This document shows positions 24,996 to 37,556 of a DNA stretch of 64,000 nt, one piece after another (position 1 is the first letter of the stretch; each line of letters opens with the position of its first letter). Position numbers and translations under genes: made by a program. Below the pieces are notes generated by a model. It was given only the letters and a program-made list of their open reading frames with translations, made no database searches and was not told the origin of the DNA. This DNA is from Squalus acanthias (Eukaryota), in contig CM059425.1 of NCBI GenBank assembly GCA_030390025.1, positions 163,868,001 to 163,932,000 on the forward strand, written 5' to 3'.

Positions 24996-25031
24996 AGTTC
25001 CGACGAAGGGTTTCGACCTGAAACGTTAACT
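24996..25031 (+). ncRNA. Minimal type I HHR motif, variant core CCGACGA (3' pLTR)
   Basis: agtt-CCGACGA-agggtttcgacct-GAAA-cgtt-aact. Confidence 0.65.
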
Positions 25032-28000
25032 CTCTTTCTCTCTCCACGGATGTTGCCTGGCCTGCTGAGTTTTTCCAGCGTTTTCTGTTGTTATTTCGGA
25101 TTTCCAGCATCCGCAGTATTTTGCTATCGTAATAGTATCATAAGGTTTAGATTAGCTATGGAAAAGGACAGGGAGCAATCTAGAGTAAAAATGTTTAACT
25201 GGGGGAAGGCCAATTTCAGTGGGATGAGAACAGATCTGGCCCGGGTAAACTGGAATCAAAGATTGGCAAGCAAAACTGTAGTGGAACAATGGGCTGCCTT
25301 TAAAGAGGAAATAGTTCAGGTACAGTGGAGGTACATTCCAGTACTGGCTGTACTTAAAGAAGGCAGGGCAACTAAAGTCAGAGCTCCCTGGATGATGAAA
25401 GAGATAGAGAATATGATGAAGCACAAAAAGAGTGCGTATGACAGATGTCAGGTTGCAAATATATCTGAGAATCAGGCTATATATAGAAAGGTCAGAGGAG
25501 AAGTGAAAAAGAAAATAAGAGGGGCAAAGAGAGGGTTTGAGAATAGAATAGCAGCCAACATAAAAGGTAATCCAAAAGTCTTCTATAGGCATATAAATAG
25601 TAAAAAGGTAGTAAGAGGAGGGGTGGGGCCGATTCGGGACCAAAAAGGAGACCTGTGCATGGAGGTAGAGGGTATGGCTGAGGTACTAAATTAGTACTTT
25701 GCATCTGTCTTCACCAAGGAAGAGGATGTTGCCATAGACATAGTAAAGGAAGAGATAGTGGAGATACTTGATAGGATAAAAATTGATAAAGAGGAGGTAG
25801 TAGAAAGGCTGGCTGTACTTAAAGTAGATCAATCACCAGGAGTGGATGGGATGCATCCCAGGATGCTGAGGGAATTGAGGGAGGAAATCGTGGAGGTACT
25901 GGCCATAATATTCCAATCCTCCTTAGACACGGGAGTGGTGACAGAGGAATGGAGAATTGCGAATGTTACACCATTGTTCAAAAAAGGGTGTAAAGATAAA
26001 CCCAGCAACTACAGGCCAGTCAGTTTGACCTTGGTAGTGGGGAAGCTTTTAGAAACAGTAATCAGGGACAAAATTAACAGTCACTTGGACAAGTGCGGAT
26101 TAATTAAGGAAAGCCAGCACGGGTTTGTTAAAGGCAAATCGTGTTTAACTAACTTGATGGAGTTCTTTGATGAGGTAACAGAGAGAGTTGATGAGGGTAA
26201 TGCAGTTGACGTAGTGTACATGGATTTCCAAAAGGCGTTTGACAAAGTGCCAGCAAAGTAGAAGCCCATAGAATAAAAGGGACAGTGGCAGCATGGATAC
26301 AGAATTGGCTAAGTGATAGGAAACAGAGAGTAGTGGTGAACGGTTGTTTTTCGGACTGGAGGAAGGTATACAGTGGTCTTCCCCAGCAGTCGGTTCTAGG
26401 ACCACTGCTTTTCTTGATATATATTAAGGACTTGGATGAGGGTGTACAGGGCACAGTTTCAAAATTTGCAGATGACACAAAACTTGGAAGTATAGTGAAC
26501 AGTGAGGAGGAGAGTGATAGACTTCAGGAAGAGATAGACAGGCTGGTGAAATGGGCGGACATGTGGCAGATGAAATTTAACGCAGAAAAGTGTGAAGTGA
26601 TACATTTTGGTAGAAAGAATGAGGAGAGGACATATAAACTAAATGGTATAATCCTGAAGGGGGTGCACGAACAGAGAGACCTGGGGGTATGTGTGCACAA
26701 ATTGTTGAAGGTGGCAGGGCAGGTTGAGAAAGCAGTTAAAATGGCTTACGGGATCCTGAGCTTCATAAATAGAGGTATAGAGTACAAAAGTGTGGAAATT
26801 ATGATGAACCTGTATTAAACACTGCTTCAGGCCCCAACTGGAGTACTGTGTCCAATTCTGGGCACCACACTTTAGGAAGGATGTGAAGGCCTTAGAGAGG
26901 GTGCAGAAAAGATTTACGAGAATGATTCCAGGAATGAGGGACTTCAGTTACGTTGATAGACTGAGAAGCTGGGGTTGTTCTCCTTGGAGCAGAGAAGATT
27001 GAGAGGAGCTTTGATAGAGGTGTTCAAAATTATGAGGGGTCTGGACAGAGTAGATAGAGGGAAACTGTTCCCATTGGCAGAAGGGTCGAGAACCAGAGGG
27101 CACAGATTTAAGGTGATTGGCAAAAGAACCAAAGGCGAAGTAAGAAAAAACTTTTTTACGCAGCGAGTGGTTAAGATCTGGAATGCACTGCCTGAAAGGA
27201 TAGTGGAGGCAGATTCAATCACAGCTTTCAAAAGGGAGTTGGATAAGTATCTGAAGGAAAGAAATTTGCAGGGCTACGGGGAAAGGGCAGGGAGTGGGAC
27301 TAGCTGAAGTGCTCTTGCAGAGAGCCAGCACGGGCTTGACGGGCTGAATGGCCTTCTTCCGTGCTGTAACCATTCTATGGTTCTATGCATAGTGCTGAAG
27401 CACTTTTCAATTTTTTTATCTGCAGAAGGCAGCTCAGCTTTAAGAGGTGCAGACTGCCTTTAAGAGGAGCAAGCTAGCTTCAAGTAAAGCTAGCCTTGCT
27501 CCAGTAACGCGAACTTCAGCCCCCTGCTGAGCGCACAGCCTGTCAGCAGTGTGTTCAGCGCTAGGCTGTGCGCTACAATCATGATAATTAGCAGGCAGCA
27601 CGAAGTTGACGTACTCCCTGCACTTTTTGAATGGGCGCGGGCATATCTCACATTGCGGTGCCTGCGCTCGTTTTCTTGCATTATCAAATTTCCCGGCCAT
27701 TGTCTTTTTAACATTATTTCTTAACCTGACCAACCTGGGCCTCTTCTCCTCACATATTGCGAATAACTGAATTTGGATTTGTGCAAACCCATAACATTGT
27801 GTTAAACATATTTATATCACAGAAATAACAGTACTACACAAAATTAAGAATATTAGAGTATTTGAATATTCATGACTCGATATATAGTAAAAGAAAGTCC
27901 CTGATTTGGGCCCGTGTCCCTTATTTTTAGGCCTGTGTTCCTGATTTTCAAGATTGCAGGTTAAGAGTGGGTCTTCATGCTATTTCAATATCTGTTACAA

Positions 28001-29769
28001 TGTGCAGTATCAATCATGCCACATCAGAATGTTTGTAACTATGAATGCAGCTCAATGTTAACTGTAGAGCTTCAACTCTGCACCACCTTCAACAAAACAA
28101 CTATCAGGATACTGGGTGTCCATCTTTCTGAGCTGACCTTGAATGTAATAGATTCAATTAATTGATTGGAATTGAGTTTCTTTCATCCTATTGCATGGAA
28201 ATACTACTATGTACACTGAGCACCATATCCCTTGCTACCCATTTCCCTGCTTCCTGCCACTATCTCCACCAACCCCAGGGACCACCAGATAGTGGTCATT
28301 TCTGGGATAGCAGTGACTACATGGAGGGTGAAGGAGTAGGAGTGGGCTCTTCTCCTACCATTACAGCCCCAATCACTAACCTTTCAAGGCCTTGATTTTG
28401 GCAGAAGAGCAAAAATGAAATCCTCTATTCGTCTTCAAGGCTCCTTCTTCACTTTTAAATCCCTAGTTCCTTTTCAGGTGCTCCAGTGGCAGTGCCACTT
28501 CAGAATTTTTTTAGGTTATCAGTGGTAATGGTCCTTCTTGATGCTGGGTTCCCGCCTGCAGCCTAATCGAATGACACAGGAGCACTGACCCAGGAAATTG
28601 GGTCTCAGTAGCAGGCACGTCCCACCTGTCGCCAGCCCATCAGCAATAGCAGAATCCAGGCCATGAGGTGAGGGCATGATTAGGCTCAGCCATGACTTCA
28701 CCACTCCTCCACACATAGGCTGCCAGCATTCACTGTCTTTGATCACATGAAGGATGACTCCTTGGGTGAGGTGCCACGTGGCTGCTGGCTTTCACAGGAA
28801 CATGCCCAGCAAAACCAACGGCCTTCAGGAGGGGAGGAACGAAAACTAGAAAATAAATTTCTCTTTCATCTACTTTTTTTTAATATATCCTGAAGTTTAA
28901 AAAAAAGACTACTCAAGGACTGACCACCTGCAGCGCAGGTAATTCAGGAAGCCATTCTATATCACCACAACTATGAAAATAATCGCTTTGAAGCTAAAGT
29001 GCACCAGAAGCCTCACTGTACAAACATGTTCAAATTTTCAATGAATCGGATACACAAAATAATAATTTTGCTCTTTAGCTTAAATAAGGCTCAATGCTGC
29101 TATTGTCTTTTACAGAAAACTTTCACAACACCGGGGCAATACTCGTTGCTGCTTTTCACTGATGGTATTTCACAACTACTAACACTGCAATTTTATCTAC
29201 TTTGTTTTGGCACAAGTTACTAATAGTATTTTTTTTAATGTATCTTATAAAAGTGGTTTGAAGCAATTCTGTCCATAGTTGAATGGGGCTCATATCATCG
29301 TACTTGCAAATGGATGATTCTGTTCCACTGGAGTCAGTCTGAAGCTGTTGCCAGGTAATATTGACACTCCCATCAATGGTTCCATTCCATTTTCTCACCT
29401 CCTTAGCCCCTAGAGGTCGGTTACATAGAATTACATAAAATTTACAGCACAGAGACAGGCCATTTGGCCTAACAGGTATATGTGTGTTTATGTTGCACAC
29501 ATTTCTTTCAGGGGCTAACTCAGAACAGAACAAGGATCAAACCTGGGGCCCTTCCTGGACTGTATGATTCAATACTGCAACACATGTTGTACCAAGCTCC
29601 ATTGAAGACTACCTTTGTAAAAATACATTTCTCAGCATCTGCAACTTCCTCAACTTTTGACTCTGGTGATGTGCATGGTGAGTTAAAAGAGAGCTAATCA
29701 GCTGCATAGAAAGAAGCCATTGGCATTAATATTACTCACCATTACTATGTGTATTTTTTCCTGTGATTT

Positions 29770-30754
29770 TACGGTGCTACAGGTGTCGATTTGTGACAAA
29801 AATGGCATCCGCGCCACGCATGCGCACTTCTTGTGCATGCCGTGCTGGATGCCACCTTGGTGAGGGCAGTAGAACAGCGTTAGGAGCGTGTACCAGAGGT
29901 ATGTTGAGTAGGCAGATCGTGATGTCAATCAGCATGCAACGTGTGTTCAGCAGCAGCAAGGACACCCCTACCAGCGATATTTAAAGGGATCAGCAACCAT
30001 TCTCAGGTTAAGTAAAGTGTGAAACAAATGTTGAAAGGGGAATTGGGGTTGTGTTCACTGGTACCGCAGGTGGATGATTCAATCCCAGATATGCCGGCCA
30101 TAAAGGGGCTGTCTGTGTTGCCTCCTTCCTTCCTCTTCCTCCTCCTCCTCCCTTTGCAAGGAGCTTGTTCCCTTTGCTGCCTCTGCTCCATCTCCATTTC
30201 ATGCTGTAGCCCAAGGGGAACTACAACTTGAGCCCCCAGGACTGAGAGCAAGTGGTGTTCTCAGAGGACTTCCTTTAAGAGCCAAAACCTTGCAAACATC
30301 CAACAGCACTCCCTGCGTTCCCTTCACACTTTAACAACTTTTTAAATGTGTTGCACCAAGCCACTACTCCAATAAAATGTAAAGAAACCAGTCCAAAAGC
30401 AAAAATCTAAACTTACCTGAAAGTTGTTTGTGTCCCTTTAAGAAGTGCTGGCAGTGTCTCTGTTGTACTGCTGCACGCACGTTTTTCCATGCGTAGTCTG
30501 GAGAAGGCGTGATTAAGAGCGGTGACGTCCAGAATCCCAAATCATGCATCAATTCAGGCGTTGCACGCCAATTGACGTCACGATCTGGATCATTTAAATA
30601 TGTCAAGCGAAAGCAGGCAATGGCAGTGCTGCCAACCTGCCCAAAATGCCGGCTGCCGCGTTCTGCATCAGAAGCAGGCGGAAGCAAGGCAGCCATCATT
30701 TTTTCTTCCAAACCGGCCTTAACGGTCAGCACAAACGGCTCCAATTCCCCGGCC
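29770..30754. mobile_element. Harbinger deletion derivative (right end)
   Basis: 30020-30754 is homologous to 55540-56256; TIR aattccccggcc. Confidence 0.75.
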
Positions 30755-32199
30755 AATTATAATAAAGCTTATGGAATAAAAGTCTAAAAGTTATTTGATT
30801 CCAGTAAAGAGATGGAGGAAAAGATTCGGCAATGTCTTTTATGTGGCAGTTTGGGACTTCTACCACTGCTTTGGCCTCACGATGACCCCATCTCAGATGC
30901 CGGAGATAGGGTCATTACCTTAATAGGCTCTGTGTCCATGCCTGTACTGACAAGGACACCCACCCTGATGAAGCAGACAGAAGTCAGCACAGCCTCCTAC
31001 CACTCCGAAAGGGTGAGCCTGAGGCCTAGATTCAGCTGAAGAAGAATTGAATTATATTTTGAGGTGATACCTGGCCCCTGAAGTGACAGCAATCACTCCT
31101 TCTGGGAGTGCAATATAACGGAGCAGAAGAGCACCTCCCCCTCTGTCAAAGGTGTGGAAACTTGGCGGATCTGGATTCCGCCCCAAGATGTGGCGCGCCC
31201 CCCCCGCCCCCCATCAAAGAATTGCGCATTTGAGATTCACAGATAAATCTTTGCACAACGCATGTGCAGTAGCAGTGAAGTCACATTCATAACTAAGGAG
31301 AAGCTGCATATATGCCAATCTCATGCTTACATTCTGTTCCCTGCAAAAGGAGCTCCAGGGGTTACTGAGTAAACTTGGCATTTTCTTCTTGTTTTTTTCA
31401 GCCAATAACAGTGAAATGTTTTTCGACTTGTTGGCAATAAAATGTGACATATCAGATTGCATTGAACTATTTTCCCCAATCTAGGAAGGCGTCCATGAGA
31501 TATTCTGTTGGCAGTCCATTGGTAAATTTTGATTATGAAGTGAGATAACTTTGTGACCTCATGGAAACAATTAAGACTGATGGAAAAATAAATGTAACTT
31601 GAAGTTCGTACATTACTTCTCCTTTGCGGATTGTTAACAGAAAAAAAAGCTTTGTTTTCCCAAGCTGCAAAGCATATCACATATCAATCAATTAATTAAA
31701 CCAGTCAACCGAGGAGAAAGGTCAGGAATTCATTCAAATCTGAAAGTGAGATCAAGTTCGCACAACTTTTGATAAGGTTAGTATTTAAGGATCAGGCATC
31801 AATCAATCAGTTATTTTGGATGGATGATGGACTTTGGAACAGCATGCAAATGTCACAACCTGCACACTGAACAGTTTCCTGAACTTGTATGGATATCAAT
31901 GTATTAATGCTGACAGCCATGAGCTATGTTATCACACACGAGCATTTGCTGTAATCTGTTTTTTTGGGAGCGAAAAAAAGTGACATGATTACCTTAATAC
32001 AATGTAATTTCTGCTAAGATTACTTTCATTGTAAGAACAGCCTTTCCCTTTGGCAAAATTCATTTAACCTAAACTCTGACTATTATTATAGTACTTAAGT
32101 CCCTGGGGTAGGTTAACTTTTGTATTTGTGACAGAATTCCGACAGGTACTTGGAGCTGTTATCTGTACTGTGCAGAGACTCTCTCGGCCTGACACAAAG

Positions 32200-32810
32200 A
32201 GCTATTCAATTAGTCCCACTCCCCTGCTCTTTCTTCAGAGCCCTGCAAATCTCTTCTTTTCAAGTATATATACAATTCCTTTTGAAAGTTACTATTGAAT
32301 CTGCTTCCACCACCCTTTCTGGCAGTGTATTCCAGATCATAACAACTCGCTGCATAAAAAAAATTCTCATTATCTCCCCTCTGATTCTTTTGCTAATTAC
32401 TTTAAGTCTGTGTCCTTTGGTTACTGGCCCTCCTGCCAATGGAAAAAGTTTCTCCCTATCTACTCTATCAAAACCCTTCATAATTTTGAACACCTCTATT
32501 AAATTTACTCTTTACCTTCTCTGCTTTAAGGAGAACAATCCCAGCTTCTCTGGTCTCTCCGCATAACTCAAGTCCCTCAACCCTTGTATCGTTCTAGTAA
32601 ATCTCCTTTGCACCCTCTACAAAGCCTTTGATGTCCTTCCTAAAGTGCGATGCCAAGAATTGGACACAGTACTCCAGCTGAGGCCTAACTAGTGATTTAT
32701 AAAGGTTTAGCATAACTCCCTTGCTTTTGTATTCTATGCCTCTATTTATAAAGTCCAGGATCCTGTATGCTTTTTTAACAGACTTTTCAACTTGTCCTGT
32801 CACCTTCAAA
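32200..32810 (-). mobile_element. CR1 LINE 3' fragment
   Basis: LEYCVQFLASHFRKD and FFMQRVVMIWNTLP peptides. Confidence 0.85.
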
Positions 32811-33504
32811 GGTGGCACGGTTGTAACAATTAAATTTGTTCTGAGTACATTTTGTTTGTGTCAGCATAGAAATTGGAGACTATCTCGGTCATTATGTATC
32901 CATGCAGTTCATCTTTTTCTGTATCAAACAGCCATTTTTCCTCAGCAGACAGATTTCAGTCAGTCAAAGATTCTCTAATTTAGGGAAATTTAGCTTTATT
33001 ATTTCCTCCTGCCAAGCAGAAAGGTCTGCTGTGAAGGTAAAAAGGAATACTTTGTTTCCTGGCAATTTTAGCTTGCTGATCAATATTTCTAACTGGCCAA
33101 GTGGACACGTTTATTGATTTTGAAAATGCTGCTTTTCACATATTTGAAGAGTTTGCACAATAATACCTGGGAAGTGTTTAAAAGGAAAATAAACCCCAGC
33201 AAGCTTGTTTTATAAAATGGATGAAACTACACAGAGGTGGTTCCTCTTGAGGTTCAGTTGGTAAGCCCCCATCGAATTATGAAATCAACTGATTACTTCC
33301 TCTAGTTTATACTTTAAAACAGTGTGAACAAAAACAAAATATAATTTCCATGGTTTTAAAGAAGAAAAACTTGCATTCATATGGTACTTTATCACATCCC
33401 TCAGGGCTTCACATACACTGGAGTAGTTTGGAATGACATTTTCAAGCCACCATCACCAGGTCAATTTGTAAACTGGAAATTGGGAACAGGGAGTAATTAA
33501 TGTT

Positions 33505-33639
33505 CTGACGAAAGGTCATCGACCTGAAACGTTAACTCTGTTTCTCTCTCCACAGATGCTGCCTGACCTGCTGAGTATTTCCAGCATTTTCTGTTTTTAT
33601 TTCACATTTCCAGCATCCGCAGTATTTTGCTTTTGCATT
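33505..33639 (+). mobile_element. 135-bp PLE family B insertion starting at a canonical HHR core
   Basis: gtt-CTGACGA-a-AGGTC-atc-GACCT-GAAA-cgtt-aac; TSD agtaattaatgtt at 33492-33504 and 33640-33652. Confidence 0.9.
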
Positions 33640-34564
33640 AGTAATTAATGTTGTCGTTTCCATGATCAATATGATATGCCTACATCAGTGATAAGCTGTT
33701 ACCACTGATTGGTGCCCAGCAGAACATGATGCACCAAGCATATGCCAGGCAATTTCATTGAAAATACTCCCTCCCCATCATAAATATACATTCAGCCTAC
33801 TTACAAGAGATTGCTAGATGTTTGTGTGGGTCATAAAATCTAATGTATAAGTCACATCTTCAAACTGGCTTTATGAAGTTATGAATCCAACTGTGCACCA
33901 ATATTAGTGATGTTTTTCCAGCCAGTATAAAGTGAAGGTGTTTTTTTTTAACAGTGTTACCTTTACATTGTCTTTCACAATTTGTAAATTTGATAGCATC
34001 AAAAATAACTTATATTGAAGTAGGACAGAAATGATCATTGAGTAACACAGCTGTAGTAATGACAGTTTTCAGTCAAAACAAGAAATGGGTAAAAATCTCT
34101 GGAGATCTTGGAGAAAAATTGAGATATCCAGAGTCGCAGATTTCACAAATCATATACTTTTACTCGTGTGATTATCACATGATTATCACATGAGTAAAAG
34201 CTTGAGGAAGTCATGTACCTGGTGTAAAACCAGGGGTACATTCCAGGGGCTCCCTAAAGTTGTGTCATGGAGTAGTAGGATGTGAGTTCATATTTGCAGT
34301 ACTGTACTCAGTGAGTGAGTTCCCAGTATTAGCCACACTATGACTAGTACATGTTGAGCAGTGAGAGACACTTCTCTAATGAGATGGAGGCAAAATCAGA
34401 GGGCAATTTGACATGGGCTTTTTTTACGCCTCTTCTTAATATCCATTTATAGAAAAGAGACCAGAGAGCAGGGATTTTGTCCCTATTTTAAATCGATATT
34501 TGTGCTTATTAAGGTGAAGAATGTTAGTGCTGGGTAATGCAATTCTTTCCATTTCAGGCAACTA

Positions 34565-34900
34565 GTGTCAGCATCAAGCCATAGCACAGCCAGATGCAGA
34601 ACAAAGCTCCCTCTGCTTTGTCCCATCAATGTGCCTCAGTCCCAACCTCAGGAAAGCAGCCTGACTGCACCAGTGTGACATTTTCCCCATTTCTCACATA
34701 GGCTATCCTGAGTGAAATTGCCAATTAATGCTGAATTAGGGACAGTTCTGTGCTGTAGGCCCACATCCAATAGGGACTTGCATTGAGACTTCCCATTTCA
34801 CATAGAACCTTGCAGCCAATAGACAGAGGAGACTGTCTGGGCAGGGTTTTGTCCCAGCGGTGAAAGAGGAGTATCTATCCTACTGTTCTATCCAGTTCCT
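34565..34900 (-). mobile_element. LF-SINE-like ancient SINE
   Basis: Minus strand has ctatgtgaaatg, attaattggca and tgaggcacattg in the order I recall for LF-SINE. Confidence 0.55.
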
Positions 34901-35384
34901 CAGGCTCATGTTTCTGAGGAAAATGTTTAAAATGCATAGGCGTATAGCTTCTTTTTTTAACTACATGGATCAATCAGTAGCAAAGGGCTAGCTCTGCATT
35001 AACATGCAAAAGAAGCATATGTGCATCAGTAATGCCCTAGGGTACAGTAATAATCTGTCACATGCCATTCATGGATATAATCTTACATTCCAGACTTAAA
35101 TAATGGTATTTGCTTTAAGTGTGCTGGATTGACAATTACTTTGTTACAACTTATACTAAAGGCTTGTTGGGCTGGACCTTTCCTATATTGTTTGCTTTGC
35201 GAATTGGGCGTGGCACAATATGAATCAGGGCATTAATTACTCCAGCTACTCTTGTCTAAAATCCATTGAAGCCTAAACAAAACCACATGCCAGTCATTAA
35301 GGTTGTGGAAAGTGGGGTTTCTATTTCATAGGCACCAATGTTAGTATTTCAAACACTTCATTTTCACTGACGTTCCTCATAATT

Positions 35385-35890
35385 AAACCCCTTCATCCCT
35401 GATGTGGTTTTAGTGAATCTCTTCTGCACGACATCCTTCCTAATGTAGGACACCCAACACTGGACATGATATTTTAACTGCTACATGACCATTGATTTGT
35501 GTAGGTTTAGCATTATTTATTTGCTTTTGTATTCTATAACACCATTGTTGAAACCTAGGATCCCTTATGTTATTTTTAACAACTTTGTTATCAACTTGAC
35601 CTCCCACTTTTAAAGAATTTTATATCTGAATCCGTAAGTCTCTGCTCTTCTACTCCTTGTATATTCCCTCTTCCCAGAAAATATTACCTCACATTCCTCT
35701 GCATTAAAATTCATTAGACATCAATTTGCCCAATCTACTAACCTGTGTATGTGCTTCTGGTCACGTAAATTCCTTTTCATAGTTAACTACGCTTCCTATT
35801 TTTTGTCATCTGTCTATATTGATATTGTGCCACAATAGTCCAGTTCATTTATATATATTGAGAAGAGCAATGGCCCCAACACTGACCACT
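35385..35890 (-). mobile_element. Old CR1 RT fragment
   Basis: Degenerate homology to 45500-46250 (acatccttcctaa, ctaggatccc, tcatttatatatattg...ggcccca). Confidence 0.6.
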
Positions 35891-37005
35891 AGTTTGATAC
35901 CAACATAAACAAGAGTTGTGAAGATTATTGTAACAGTTTGAGATGGAAAGAAGGCACCAGGGCTGGGATTGTGCTCTTGTTCATAGGCGCAGGGCTGTCC
36001 AAGGATCTGGTAAGTAAATACAAGAGAAGGATAACAAGAAAGAGGAGATTGTAAATACTCAGAGGCATAACTTGATTCTTATTATATCTGCAAAGATTTG
36101 CAGTCCCTTTGGCCTAAAGCCAATTATGTCAAGGTGCCGATCTAGATAGTGGGAGGTTGACGTACTTAACTCCTGGGATATCGGCATTATACAAAACAAC
36201 ATACATTTCACAATGGATCAAAGTAATTTTGACCCCGGCCAATAGCACTCCAGATGGTATGCACCCATTTCGAATTGGCATTTCAAGGGATACCCATCAG
36301 AAAGAAAAACATTTGCTCCTGGGAGTCACTCTCTCTGATATTAGACCACCTGTCCTTTCTTCCCCTGTTTTTTCCTAGCTTCAAGATGACATAAGTCCCC
36401 AGCTTGTTTAAAAAGAATGGAAACCCATTGCATGGACAGCCAGCAGCACTTCACTGGCTGCTGGTACCTGGCATTCTGGCTCCTGACTTGGGTGGTGCTT
36501 CCTGCATGTCATGTACGAAGCATCAGGAACACTATTAAAATATGTTAATGAACTGACCTTGCAATCTTGCTTGCTCTATAAATGCCTAACCTCCTGATAG
36601 CATTTTCTTGCTTTTTCGAGGTGGAGAGAGAGGAAACAAAAGATAACAGCATTACCCGAATCCCTGCACCAGTAGCATGCTGCAGTGGAGTGATCTGTGT
36701 AGAGAGGGACAGAGGAAGGAAAGTGAGAAAGAAAACAGAAAGAGAGACATAAAGAATAAAAAAAGTAATTAAGAGCTAAGTGGGACTGCCCAAAAGTCAA
36801 AATCAACCCACTCAGTGATACATTAACAAATTTTCAACCTATAGATTCTTTAAAAGAATCACAAACTAATAAAACTATGGAGGTTATTTTGGCCAAAGGG
36901 TGAAAACAGGTGCTAAAATGAGTGCTGTTCTAATAAGAAACACCTGTTTGAAAGTCTGGATTTAGCACGCAATTTTGGGGCTAATTGATGATGATCATGA
37001 TTTAA

Positions 37006-37250
37006 ACCAGCGTCGACAGCGGGGGAGGAGGAACCTTTCTTTCTCTCTCCCACAGAGCGGTCGGTAGTGGGGAAGGAGGAGCGGAACTGGTTGGAGCGGC
37101 GGGAGCGGCGGCGAGTCAATAAAGGGAGGCCCGAGGATCAGGTAGGCCTCAGACCAGCGTCGACAGCGGGGGAGGAGGAGCCTTTCTTTCTCTCTCCCAC
37201 AGAGCGGTCGGCAGCGGGGAAGGAGGAGCGGACCTGGTTGGAGCGGCGGA
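37006..37250 (+). repeat. Two ~95-bp monomers (period 147 bp) in CR1 5' UTR
   Basis: accagcgtcgacagcgggggaggagga...ggttggagcggcgg starts at 37006 and 37153. Confidence 0.9.
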
Positions 37251-37556
37251 GGCCTGAGGTGAGTCATTAAACTCACCTACGTGGCCTTTTTCCCCAGCGG
37301 GGAAAGAGCTTCGCGGGCTTTTTCAAAGGCAGGGGGCGGGGCCAATTCATTGGTACCTGTATATAGGTGGAGCGGTTGCTAAACCCGAGACACTACACTA
37401 GTAGTGACTCCCACCCTCCCACCTCCTCTAACCTTTAGGGGTAGAGGGAATTTAAAAGGTAGGTTCGATTTTATATTTTGTTTTCAGGGACTTAACTCCT
37501 GGACCTAAGATAAATAAGTTTAAATTTTAGTAATAAAGTAACATAAGGGTTAAGTC

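Larger units (their letters stand above)
21022..25131 (+). mobile_element. Full-length Penelope-like element (family B, Neptune-like) with direct pseudo-LTRs
   Basis: 21022-21938 is repeated at 24215-25131 (offset 3193); TSD atagtatca at 21013-21021 and 25132-25140. Confidence 0.95.
20390..27303 (+). pseudogene. CR1 ORF2 (APE endonuclease + RT), fragmented
   Basis: FYRPPNS, IMGDFN, NYRPVSLT, YMDFQKAFDKV, FADDTKL spread over several broken ORFs. Confidence 0.9.
19190..27386 (+). mobile_element. Near-full-length CR1 LINE, inactivated and interrupted by a PLE
   Basis: ORF1 esterase, APE endonuclease, RT and a cattctatggttctat tail. Confidence 0.95.
16730..27698. mobile_element. PIF/Harbinger element (transposase +, Myb remnant -) split by CR1 insertion
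   Basis: 18130-19188 and 27388-27698 join to give the reverse complement of ~62300-63750; TIR aatttcccggcc ends at 27698. Confidence 0.85.

Noticed and set aside
24888..25694. 268-aa PLE-CR1 fusion ORF
   Set aside because: Chance read-through across the insertion junction from pLTR into broken CR1 ORF2
29156..29533. 125-aa minus-strand ORF as a possible host exon
   Set aside because: It partly overlaps a CR1 tail and SINE head, has no recognisable motif, and the splice sites are unconvincing
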